From Perkinsus chesapeaki ATCC PRA-425 (Eukaryota; Protista; Perkinsozoa), in NCBI GenBank assembly GCA_013115145.1, contig JAAPAO010000119.1, forward strand, positions 6,834-70,833: a DNA stretch of 64,000 bases, read 5' to 3'. A program made the translations under genes and the position numbers. Position 1 is the stretch's first letter. Each line of letters begins with the position of its first letter. This document shows positions 39,603-48,969 of this stretch, piece by piece. The notes under the pieces are model-generated. The model had not been told where the DNA came from. It saw only the letters and a list, made by a program, of their open reading frames with translations, and ran no database searches.

Positions 39603-40685
39603 ATGTCCGAATTACCCTTCATCTCACATCAATTGTGTATCCTCATCGTAGCGATTGGTGCTTCTGATCCACTTCGTGAAGGTCCTTCGAGTTATACCCA
39701 ACGGATCCCCGTTATTGGAGTTCTTGCTCAGCCTTTCGCCAATTTACTAGATATAACGATGCGTGAGAGTGACGCTTTCATTCCAGAATATATGGTCAAG
39801 TTCCTGGAAAGTACTGGTTCACAGGTCGTTCCTATACACGAGAAAGATCCCGACCTGGAGTCCGTACTATCTCGCCTAAGTGGTGTTTACTTGCCGGATG
39901 GCGTCCTTGATATTGACTTTGATCAACCTTATGAACAAGCAGCCTTGAGGATCTACAACTATGCGAAGAAGAGACACTCGGAGAATGACCCATTCCCACT
40001 TATCGGTGTTGGTCGAGGTTATCACCTCCTCGCCGCTTTGGCGGCGGGCACCCCCGATGTTATATCTAAAGATCCTCGCAACACTCCGAACGTCGCACTT
40101 CCTCTGAGAATAGTCGATGATGGAGGAGATATGCTCGGATCGCTCCCATTAAATGTTAAGGAGATATTGCAAACCAAAGCAGTGAGACACAATGACCAGA
40201 TGTATGGGGTCCTACCAGAGATGTGGGAGCGCTTCCCTGGGCTGAACGAACAGTTCCTGATGACCAGTACCACCAAGGATCCTGTTAGTGGTAAAATATT
40301 CTCAGCCACGATGGAGTCCAGATCTGGCAAAGCCCCTATGTATGGTATTGAGTGGCACCCAGGCACTGTCCCTTACGTTTGGATTCCTGGATACGAGTCG
40401 ATCTTGATGAAAACACGGCAATTGTTTCAGGTTACCAGCGCGTTCGGTTTGTTTTTCAACATGCTGTTCATTAGTAAGCCGAACAGATTCGAACATGTTG
40501 AGAGCTTGGGTGCAGCGCTTGTCCAAAATTACAAGAAAACATGTGAACCTTTGGCTCTAGCGCAGGGAGCATGTACGTACCTCGTACCTTATCCTGGTCA
40601 ATCCGGTATCCAAGCTCACCGTAAGAGAACGACTTTTCGCGAGAGAGCCACCAAAACCATTCGAGACCTCTTTTCTCGCCATTAA
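39603..40685 (+). CDS. Gamma-glutamyl hydrolase-like protein, secreted, Cys to Gly and HPE to HPG; intronless
   Basis: Signal peptide; PVIGVLAQP, PLIGVGRG, YGIEWHPG; central region nearly identical to the 36169 copy. Confidence 0.88.
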   Translation: MSELPFISHQLCILIVAIGASDPLREGPSSYTQRIPVIGVLAQPFANLLDITMRESDAFIPEYMVKFLESTGSQVVPIHEKDPDLESVLSRLSGVYLPDGVLDIDFDQPYEQAALRIYNYAKKRHSENDPFPLIGVGRGYHLLAALAAGTPDVISKDPRNTPNVALPLRIVDDGGDMLGSLPLNVKEILQTKAVRHNDQMYGVLPEMWERFPGLNEQFLMTSTTKDPVSGKIFSATMESRSGKAPMYGIEWHPGTVPYVWIPGYESILMKTRQLFQVTSAFGLFFNMLFISKPNRFEHVESLGAALVQNYKKTCEPLALAQGACTYLVPYPGQSGIQAHRKRTTFRERATKTIRDLFSRH

Positions 40686-41899
40686 AGGCATGGTGGAGAT
40701 AACTAGAATGATAAACCAGAGCAACGGTGTTCATGAAACATTGATATTCATCGTGGTGTTATTTTATTGGAATTGTGTTTGAAGTATCAACGCTACTGGG
40801 CACGTCCTCTTACAGGTATTAACCTCTCATACTCAAGCTCAATCACGTGGAAAAGTCCCGAGCTTTGACCCTCGGAACACTCTAACTCCTCAAGGTCTGT
40901 AATTCTGGAAGCCATAAGATATAATCTTCGTGGATAGTATTTGTACACCTCCCCATACAAGCAATGGTTATACTTGCGATTGCTGTGATTTGAACTATCC
41001 GAGTGCCTGAAGTGTGGTGATGTAGCTAGGTGATGACTATTTGCTCTCTATGAAGGAGACCAGAAACAATGCAGAGTCGAGCTTAACTTAGAGATGACAA
41101 CCGTTGCTCGCCCATCGTCGCGGATTGACCACCATTTTTTTATCTTTTTTTACCGATGCAGTGAAATGTTCGGCGGTGTCTGTCCGAATCAACTCGAATC
41201 GTCTCATTGTTCTGTTGATTGAGGATAGGCTCGTGTAGGCAAAGATGCAGCACACAAAAATAGGTTATACGTGGAGAGAGAGTGATTATTTACTCTACAG
41301 AGAATTGGAAAGCACGAAGTGCTTGGAGGTACAGTCCGAGCCGGAGTCGGTTCACTCCGGCTGATGATTTACGGCTTTACCCCAGATGATTTACCCATGC
41401 ACTCGTCTTGCTGTTGTGTTTATTGAGGATCGGTTCGCGAAGGCAAAGACACTGTATAGGTTGTGTTTCTATCGGACCCCTCGATTGAACAAAGTAGATC
41501 CAATGGATACTCGATAATACTCTGTCATCACGAACCATTCTTTAAGTAGCTGTGATACACCTCGTAATGTGATACACCTCGTGCCCATCACGAGCACTCA
41601 GAGGGGCACATTAAAAAAGTGCTGCAGAGTGCTGCACTCTTAATACAAATCAAACCGGAAAAGGATGTTAATAACCCTCTCCCATGCTGCTTTACAACAA
41701 GGTGTCAAGTTAGTTAGATCGCTCGATATCCACTACCACTAACAAACGCAACAAACGTATATTCATGATTTCTCAAAGAAGCATACTTTCCGCTGAGACC
41801 CACGAGGTCGACACAGACGGCAAGCTGCATAGATGTAATTATACTTTGCATGGTAGTAGTTATACTGTACAACACCTTCTAACAAGTGACCAGGTGCTA

Positions 41900-43777
41900 T
41901 CATATATCATCCATGATAAACGGCATTATATTATCCACCCATAGATGAAACGGCAGACAAGGTAGGCTCGACATGCGACAGCTCGACCGTCTCCGTTTAA
42001 TAAGATGCTGTCGATCGCCGGAGACAAACTCGCCCAATTTCAGGAGCCACTCACGCTGATCTTTAGCGGCGCTACAATCAGTGGCACCGGTGCATAGCCA
42101 AGCATCGTTCACGCGCTTCTCAGATCGCAGTTCACCGCCGACCAACAACAGCCGGTCAGAATGCAGCGCCACACAGCGTACTAGACACCTCGCTTGCCAT
42201 CGACGAGGCATTGTCTCCGGCAGCCCATCTTGTGATAAACCCAGAGGAGGCAAACCTGAAACTACGCTAATACGAGACGAATAATAAGTTTCTTACATCC
42301 GCAAGAGTCGCTTGAAGTCGCCGATGCTTTGAGCCAAGAACGGCCCTCGTCACGACTGATCCACACATCCGAGCTGCACTGGTCGACGTCACTACTTGGC
42401 TCACCGGGAAGTGCTAAAAAAGCCAATTCCGAAACTCGCGTGGAGTTGTGTTTACCCTGCTGGGAGCTCGTCGTCGTTATTTCTCCACCGCAAAGGACCA
42501 ACATTCCGCTTGGATTGTGCTGAACGACGGCCATTCCTCCTCGCGGACCAAACTCCCCATTGAGGGTTTCCTAAATCAAGATAACAACCAAACACCATCC
42601 CGAGACGCTCGCCTACTGCATGCCACGTTTCACCGCCGTCATCCGAACGCCAAACGTCCGAAAGGAAACCGGTCATCGTTGTGCCGCCGACGATAATGAA
42701 AGAACTCCCACCTACCACTAAAGATATCTCCTGAAGGTCGAGCGCGGATCCTACCGTTTAAAGTGGTAAACCCCATGGCCCATCTGGGTTCCCATGGAGC
42801 GCTATTATGAAGTTGAGTCCAGTTCTCGCCAGAGTCGTCAGAACACCAGACGTCGTTGAGATGGACGTTATTCGTACCAAGACCGCCGCAGACGATAATT
42901 CTGAAATTGGGTAATAAAAAAACGGCGGCCGGAAAGACCGACCTGCCAGTGTCGAGAACAGCGCAAGCAAAGTTGCATCGCGGCGGAAATGACTGAGTTG
43001 GATCGTCTGGGATCATTTCAGTCCAGGTTCGACCTCCGTCAGAAGATCTCCAAACATCGTTCTTGAAATTGAAGTGTCGATCCCATCCGCCTGAAGCAGT
43101 CTTGATGGCATGCGCCAAGCAAACCCCTACCGAGGAGCAGTAGAGCGCTGTCATGGTTAAGTGAAACTAAGCAGTGGCCCATGCGGGGGGTCCAATCGGC
43201 CGAGGCTGCTCGGCACTCCCACGCCCGCCCACCGTCAACGCTGCAGTATCTAATAGAAAGGCTCGGAAGCGTTTGAATAGAGGACGTGCTTACACATCAC
43301 TCATCGATCTCGACATGCTGTCAAGGCCGCCGGAAAGATAAACGGTATTAGCGTCCCAGCAAGCCAGGAGTGCGTGGCCGGAACGACCGTCAAAACCACC
43401 GGCGGGCAAACGATGCCAACCTGCTGCGAACGCTGCTGTGGAGGTATAATCCTGAAGAGAATGATAGACGCCAGAGGAGGCCGTTAACTCACCAACAGAG
43501 ACGAACCGACTGCATTTAGAGCACGTTTTCGCCGGCAGCACTGAGTGCTGTCGCAGGGATGGCAACTCACAACACGCTTTTGGATCCACTTCTTCCGCTG
43601 TGGCGACATCCGTAACGAGTAACTGACAATATGACTGCGTAACTATTTCTTCCAGAGCCGGCTTTACCGATGAGTGGGATGGGCAGCATAGGACAATCGG
43701 CGTTGAGGAGCTTCTGAAGTTGACAAGGGTAAGAGCGGTTCGGTAGACCGACCAGATGGGGTGAACTGTAACGACAT
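41900..43777 (-). CDS. Multi-exon protein with Asp-box (BNR) and Kelch-like repeats, predicted beta-propeller
   Basis: Repeats DVWRSSDGGRTW, DVWCSDDSGENW, DVWRSDDGGETW, DVWISRDEGRSW, each preceded by a hydrophobic-GG blade motif; probable ATG at 43777. Ends are approximate. Confidence 0.75.
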
Positions 43778-44124
43778 TATGGGAGATAACTGGTACAACT
43801 GAAACATTGTAATGTACAAGTTAGAATTAGAAGATAAAGCAACGGAAGAAGGCTGGCTGCCAATCGATTAGATGGGCGTGCGCGAAGTTCATGCGCCGTT
43901 TCAACATCATACCCGAAAAGTAAGTAGCCGTGTGTGTTAATGACACGTCATTTGTTGGCTGTAGTGCTGATTAATATCTGATCTATATCCATGCAGAGAT
44001 GATCAACCAACTCATTTTCATTGGGTATCAGTGGTTGTTGGGCGGTCTCTAATTTCGCCGGTCGAATGGGCAGAGGTCTGCTGCCTCTTCGAGATGCCAA
44101 TCAATTTTAGAGTCTCCAAGTCAT

Positions 44125-44303
44125 TCGGTGTGATACAAGGGCCACCCTTGAATCATCGGTCATCCAGAAACTAACCAATCGGGCAGTATTTAGTAACTAC
44201 CGAAGTCGATATCGTACTGGTGGGGATTGTAGGCGCAATCCTATGCAAGTACAAGAGACAGTGTCTCTGATCCGAATACAAAGCAACAGTAAGACGTATG
44301 CAT
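44125..44303 (-). pseudogene. Truncated pseudogene of the type-A 10-Cys surface protein
   Basis: In frame: LSLVLA*...VTKYCPIG*FLDDR*FKGGPCITP, versus VSLVLAQ...VTKYCPIGWCLDDQWFKGGPCITP in the 46635-47333 copy. Confidence 0.88.
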
Positions 44304-45215
44304 AGGTTAACAGTCTGATTCCAGCGATTCGAGTTGATTCGGAGAGATACTACTACGCACCGCTGCATGAGCGGTAAAGGACGGGCAGATCGTGATGTGC
44401 TGACAATGTGCACAAATGTAATAACGAAAATAAAAGTGCAAAAGTTGACAGAGGCGTGCGATGCTGCGGCCGTAAAGCGAGGCTCGAACACATGGCACAG
44501 CTCTGGCAGGTCTTCATTAGCCGGGCGTCGGGCAACCGGACCCAACAGACATGTACGGAATGTAGAAACCCTATTTGAGTGTTTACTCACAAACTACTTT
44601 ATTGTTTCCATCCATATTTGCCAGATCTCATTGAATAAGGAGGAAAGCGAACCCCCGTGTGATGTGCACCCCTAAGAGTCTTAGGGGTGCTACGAAAGGA
44701 TAACCGATCGAATGAAAAAGAGAACAGATAACTTCTGTTCACTTCCTAGATCTACTCTCAGCTGTTTGAAGACGTAAAACTGTTTTCAAGCATATCTGCT
44801 CTGTCCATAGTATGGTCCTAAGCATTCACTTCGTCCTCCTATCTCGTCTGACATAAGCGCGTCCATCGCTAGTCCTAATGAGAAATCTCCCTATGAAATG
44901 CATCATCAAGTGCATCCCTTTTGAAAAACATCTGATGTTCTTCCACTTAGTATTGCAACCCTTGAGCACGAAAGCCTCGTCATCGATAGCAACCGCTCAA
45001 AGTGATGCTCTAGACCAACTCCAGAACTCCCTGTCTTCCTACCATCTGGATCAAAGAACCGACTTCGGCTCGAAGTGTACCTCCAGTTCACAAATGACAG
45101 TTCACTTATCGTAATATTGAACAGTGTTTTCGTTCAACTGCATCAACACAACAGAATACACCGGCAAGCCAACGCCCTGAGGTGGTTTAAGGCTGCCGTA
45201 AAATAAGTCAACAAA

Positions 45216-45749
45216 TTACCCAATAGAAAACAGTACAAAGACGATAATAGCAACACCGATTGACAGCGATTGAGGGGAGCTATTTCCACTAGGGAACGGC
45301 GGCGGCGAGCGGGTAGTCAGAGTTCCAGGCGGGGGTGGATAACTGCACGGAGAAGCCACTGCCCAGCCATCTCTCGGTTCAAAGGAGAATGGTGTCGAGC
45401 GAAAGTCTTTGCAATAACAAGGCAGCTGAATATCGTGGAAGCATACACGACCCTTAGGGTCTTGCCAATCTTTGCAAAACGTCCCTTGCGAACGTCCTTG
45501 TTCGTTAGTTGGATGGATATGACGTCGATTGGCGTCGATCTCACAGAACAAGTTCCAGCAATCCCGAAGCTTGGTGGGATTCGGATGGATACAAGGATGA
45601 TCTTCGAACCATTGGTTATCCAGACACCAGTTCTCTGGACAATACTTAGGCGCCGCCGTAGTCGAGGTAGTAGTGACGCTAATAGTACTAGTACTACTCT
45701 CTTGCGCACTCATCTGGAGAATCTGTACTGCAAAAATGAAACAGATCAT
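45216..45749 (-). CDS. Secreted 10-Cys-domain surface protein, type A (copy A2), probable GPI signal
   Basis: Signal peptide from ATG 45749, Thr/Ser stalk, YCP..WC..C..CW..C..CKDWQDP..C..CYC..CSYP, Pro-rich linker, hydrophobic C-terminus; intronless. Confidence 0.85.
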   Translation of the reverse strand: MICFIFAVQILQMSAQESSTSTISVTTTSTTAAPKYCPENWCLDNQWFEDHPCIHPNPTKLRDCWNLFCEIDANRRHIHPTNEQGRSQGTFCKDWQDPKGRVCFHDIQLPCYCKDFRSTPFSFEPRDGWAVASPCSYPPPPGTLTTRSPPPFPSGNSSPQSLSIGVAIIVFVLFSIG

Positions 45750-45879
45750 CCAGAAAGAATTCACTACAAATCAAAAACTGTCAAAAGTCAACGATAATCT
45801 GGAATCTCACTAACAAAAAACTAATCACAATACGAAGAAAATAATGGGTTTGCTGCAACTGAGCATACAAGTGGGAAGC

Positions 45880-46458
45880 TTATAACGCGAGACACGAAAC
45901 TGTGCGACAAATAACTACTACAAATATTAACGTAATCGAACTAGTGCTGTAGGCACTCCCTCTATGCGGTGGAGGCGGACCGGGAGGACTTGGTGCCGGG
46001 GGGCGACTGGAAGTAGGGGGCACAGTGGGATAGACGCACTCTACCGAGACCCATCCGGGAGGCTGCTGCCCAGGTGAGTACAATTTCGGATCAAACTGTG
46101 TCAACAGGCTACAATTACAAGTCAGATTAGACAACGGGTAGCATACTCTACCAGCCGGGTACTGCCAATCCTTGCAGAAAGCACCTTGAGTAGATGTATT
46201 CAAATCTTTAGCTTGATCAACACAATAGTTATTCCAACATGGTACCAAATCGTCGGGGGAGGGAAAAATACACTGCGGCTTTTTAGACGTTCCTATCCAT
46301 CGTGAGTCAACACAGAAAGTGCCAGGACAGTAGTTCCGAGGGGCACCAGTAGTAGTGGTCGGCGGAACAGTACTGGTACTAGTGGGCGTCGTAGTGTTGT
46401 TCTGAGCCCTGCTGACCCCAAGCACTAGGAGACCAAGCCACAAGCGAACAACTAGCAT
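45880..46458 (-). CDS. Secreted 10-Cys-domain surface protein, type B (copy B2), probable GPI signal
   Basis: MLVVRLWLGLLVLGVSRAQ signal, Thr stalk, same 10-Cys spacing (NYCPGTFCVDSRW..CKDWQYPAGRVC..CNC..CVYP), hydrophobic tail. Confidence 0.85.
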   Translation of the reverse strand: MLVVRLWLGLLVLGVSRAQNNTTTPTSTSTVPPTTTTGAPRNYCPGTFCVDSRWIGTSKKPQCIFPSPDDLVPCWNNYCVDQAKDLNTSTQGAFCKDWQYPAGRVCYPLSNLTCNCSLLTQFDPKLYSPGQQPPGWVSVECVYPTVPPTSSRPPAPSPPGPPPPHRGSAYSTSSITLIFVVVICRTVSCLAL

Positions 46459-46634
46459 AAAAATAATAACTCTCAAAAAAATTACCGGTAGTGACTTCAA
46501 CAAATTGATGAAACACAAAACGCATATCAGTGAGACGTAGCCGATACGCCAATAAGACGATTTACACTTCTACCAGCAAAAAGGAAAAGGTGATCAAAGT
46601 GATGAAGTTCACTAAGACCAATAATATGCCGTTT

Positions 46635-47333
46635 TCAGCATAAGAATAACCCAATAGCCATGGATAAAACCAAGTACACAACTTCAGGGACTTTAGCATA
46701 TGGGGCATCAGAGGCAGGTCCGAGCGTAGTGCCGCTACCACCAGTCGTCGTGGGTCCCGTTGGCCCACTAGTAGTAGGCGACTCAGTGGTGGTGGGTTCC
46801 GGTGGTGGAGGGTAGCTGCAGGGGTCAGCCACAGACCAACCATCTCTAGGAGACAAAGAGAACGGTGTCGAGTTGAAACTATCACAATGACAACTCAGCT
46901 TGATGTCGTGAAAGCATATGCGACCTTTAGGATCCTGCCAATCTTTGCAATAGGTTCCCTGTCCACGGCCCTGAGCGTTGGTGGGGTGAATACCGCGGCG
47001 ATTGGCGTCAGCAGTACAAAAGTCATTCCAACATTTACGTAGATCTTTCGGTGATGGTGTGATGCAAGGGCCACCCTTGAACCATTGGTCATCTAGACAC
47101 CAACCGATCGGGCAGTACTTGGTAACCGCCGAAGCCGATGTCGTGGTGCTAGTAGTACTAGTGGTGGTGGTAGTGGTTGGGGTGGTAGCACTGGTAGTTA
47201 CTGTACTGGTAGGCTCAGTAGTACTGTTCTGAGGAACAGTGGTCGAATTACGCGGCGGAGGGGACGTCTCAGTGGTGGTCTCCTGTGCAAGGACAAGAGA
47301 CACGACGAATGCAGCAAAGCAACGTGACAGCAT
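46635..47333 (-). CDS. Secreted 10-Cys-domain surface protein, type A (copy A1), probable GPI signal
   Basis: MLSRCFAAFVVSLVLAQ signal, long Thr stalk, 10-Cys domain, Thr/Pro/Gly linker, hydrophobic tail. Confidence 0.88.
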   Translation of the reverse strand: MLSRCFAAFVVSLVLAQETTTETSPPPRNSTTVPQNSTTEPTSTVTTSATTPTTTTTTSTTSTTTSASAVTKYCPIGWCLDDQWFKGGPCITPSPKDLRKCWNDFCTADANRRGIHPTNAQGRGQGTYCKDWQDPKGRICFHDIKLSCHCDSFNSTPFSLSPRDGWSVADPCSYPPPPEPTTTESPTTSGPTGPTTTGGSGTTLGPASDAPYAKVPEVVYLVLSMAIGLFLC

Positions 47334-47423
47334 TGAGTGACCGAATCAACTACAAGAAAAATGGACAATGTTCAAAACACAACAAAGATCAAACTTTAAT
47401 CGCAAGAAACCTGCACGGAGGCT

Positions 47424-48032
47424 CTAGAGAAATGGTAACCAGGCCAATACGGCCAAGACATGCGGAATCAGTGCGCAATAGCCGAGAAGACTCTGAGCGT
47501 CACTTGAGGGAGTCGTAGGACCGGCGGAAGTCGGCCCTGGACCGGGAGGACGGGTAGGTGTAGTGGTCGAGGGAGCTGCCGTGGTGGTAGGGGGTAGAGT
47601 GGGATAGACACAGTCAACCGATACCCAACCAGAAGGCTGCTGCCCAGGTGAAAACACCTTCGGATCAAAGTGCCTCAACGAGCTACAATTACAAGTCAGA
47701 TTAGACAACGGGTAGCATACTCTACCAGCCGGGTCCTGCCAATCCTTGCAGAAAGCACCTTGAGTAGATGTATTCAAATCTTTAGCTTGATCAACACAAT
47801 AGTTATTCCAACATGGTACCAAATCGTCAGGGGAGGGAAAAATACACTGCGGCTTTTTAGACGTTCCTATCCAGCGTGAGTCAACACAGAAAGTGTCAGG
47901 ACAGTAGTTCCGAGGGGCACCAGTTGTAGTGGTCGACGAAATAGTTGTAGACGTGTTAGTAGGACCAGCTGTAGTAGTCACATTCTGACTTGATCCACCG
48001 TGGAGGAATACCAACGCAAGAAGAGCGCGCAT
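47424..48032 (-). CDS. Secreted 10-Cys-domain surface protein, type B (copy B1), probable GPI signal
   Basis: Probable ATG 48032 (MRALLALVFLHGGSSQ); domain nearly identical to B2; hydrophobic tail. Confidence 0.85.
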   Translation of the reverse strand: MRALLALVFLHGGSSQNVTTTAGPTNTSTTISSTTTTGAPRNYCPDTFCVDSRWIGTSKKPQCIFPSPDDLVPCWNNYCVDQAKDLNTSTQGAFCKDWQDPAGRVCYPLSNLTCNCSSLRHFDPKVFSPGQQPSGWVSVDCVYPTLPPTTTAAPSTTTPTRPPGPGPTSAGPTTPSSDAQSLLGYCALIPHVLAVLAWLPFL

Positions 48033-48841
48033 TTTCACTGAACGGAGACATGACCGAGTTGAAACTGTTGGATATCGATTAGAATGGCGCGCGAGATTTT
48101 CATCGCGTGCGTGCAAGATCTCCATGGGCCCTATGCTCGCGGGACTCCTACTGGTGGTGTTATAATATGACATGCGCTTTGTCTGAATGCAGAGGGAACT
48201 GCGATCGTTTTCTTAGACTTGGTAGCCATCCGCCAGCAATTTGCCGCAGTGTGACTCGGCGGCAGTTTCAGTCGGTCACCGAATACTCTTCGGCAGCTTC
48301 TCGATAGGTCGGACGCCTGCGCGAGGCCCTGGACGCTCGAGACTCAAGCCAAATATCTTTGCGGGCTGGAGTCGAAATATCGTCTGAAACCGAGTCTTTC
48401 ACTAGCCAACTGAATGATGACACGGTGCTGTTGTACCGTAATTGGCTGCAATTGTGTAATCTGTCCCCTCTTAGTAGAACCAAAGTGACGAGAAAGTTGT
48501 AGAAACTGTTAAACTTGCATGAAAAATATAGATCAACTCTCTCGCCACGGCAGCCATGATAGCCAAGGGGCTCCTCCAACCCTCTTCACTTTATCATTGC
48601 ACTCGGATGACGCGAAATGGAAAACCGGCACCACTTGTTGAGGCTTGCACGCAGTACGACCTGACATACAAACAAATGCTCAGGGACACTTCCCAACGAC
48701 AAGAGGACCTCAAAGTTCTACCGGCCATTCGTGCGGTGATGACTAGATAAGCGAATTTAAGGAAGATTAACAGATGCCCCAGCATTAGGGAACATGCTAC
48801 GGCACAATTCCGTCTCGAAATATGTCCTCTATACTCAACAG

Positions 48842-48960
48842 CACGGGTGGCCTGAGACGGGGCTGAGATGGGATTTAATTTTAAGCACCTAAAGCATTGA
48901 AGAGTTCAAATCCGTCGTAAAAGACTTAGTGCATCTCAGCCCCGTCTCTGGCCACCTGTG
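48842..48960. mobile_element. MITE-like element, 119 bp, with 29-bp terminal inverted repeats
   Basis: Left arm CACGGGTGGCCTGAGACGGGGCTGAGATG (48842-48870) pairs with 48932-48960 with 2 mismatches; ACAG flanks both sides (48838-48841 and 48961-48964). Confidence 0.6.
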
Positions 48961-48969
48961 ACAGATGTT

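Noticed and set aside
42329-42340. Partial spliced-leader match (TTGGCTCAA)
   Set aside because: Only 9-10 nt, and it lies within coding sequence (SWLK).
45270-47879. Plus-strand ORFs overlapping the 10-Cys genes, and antisense ORFs over the hydrolase genes
   Set aside because: These are shadows of the real genes on the opposite strand; they recur only because the genes are duplicated.
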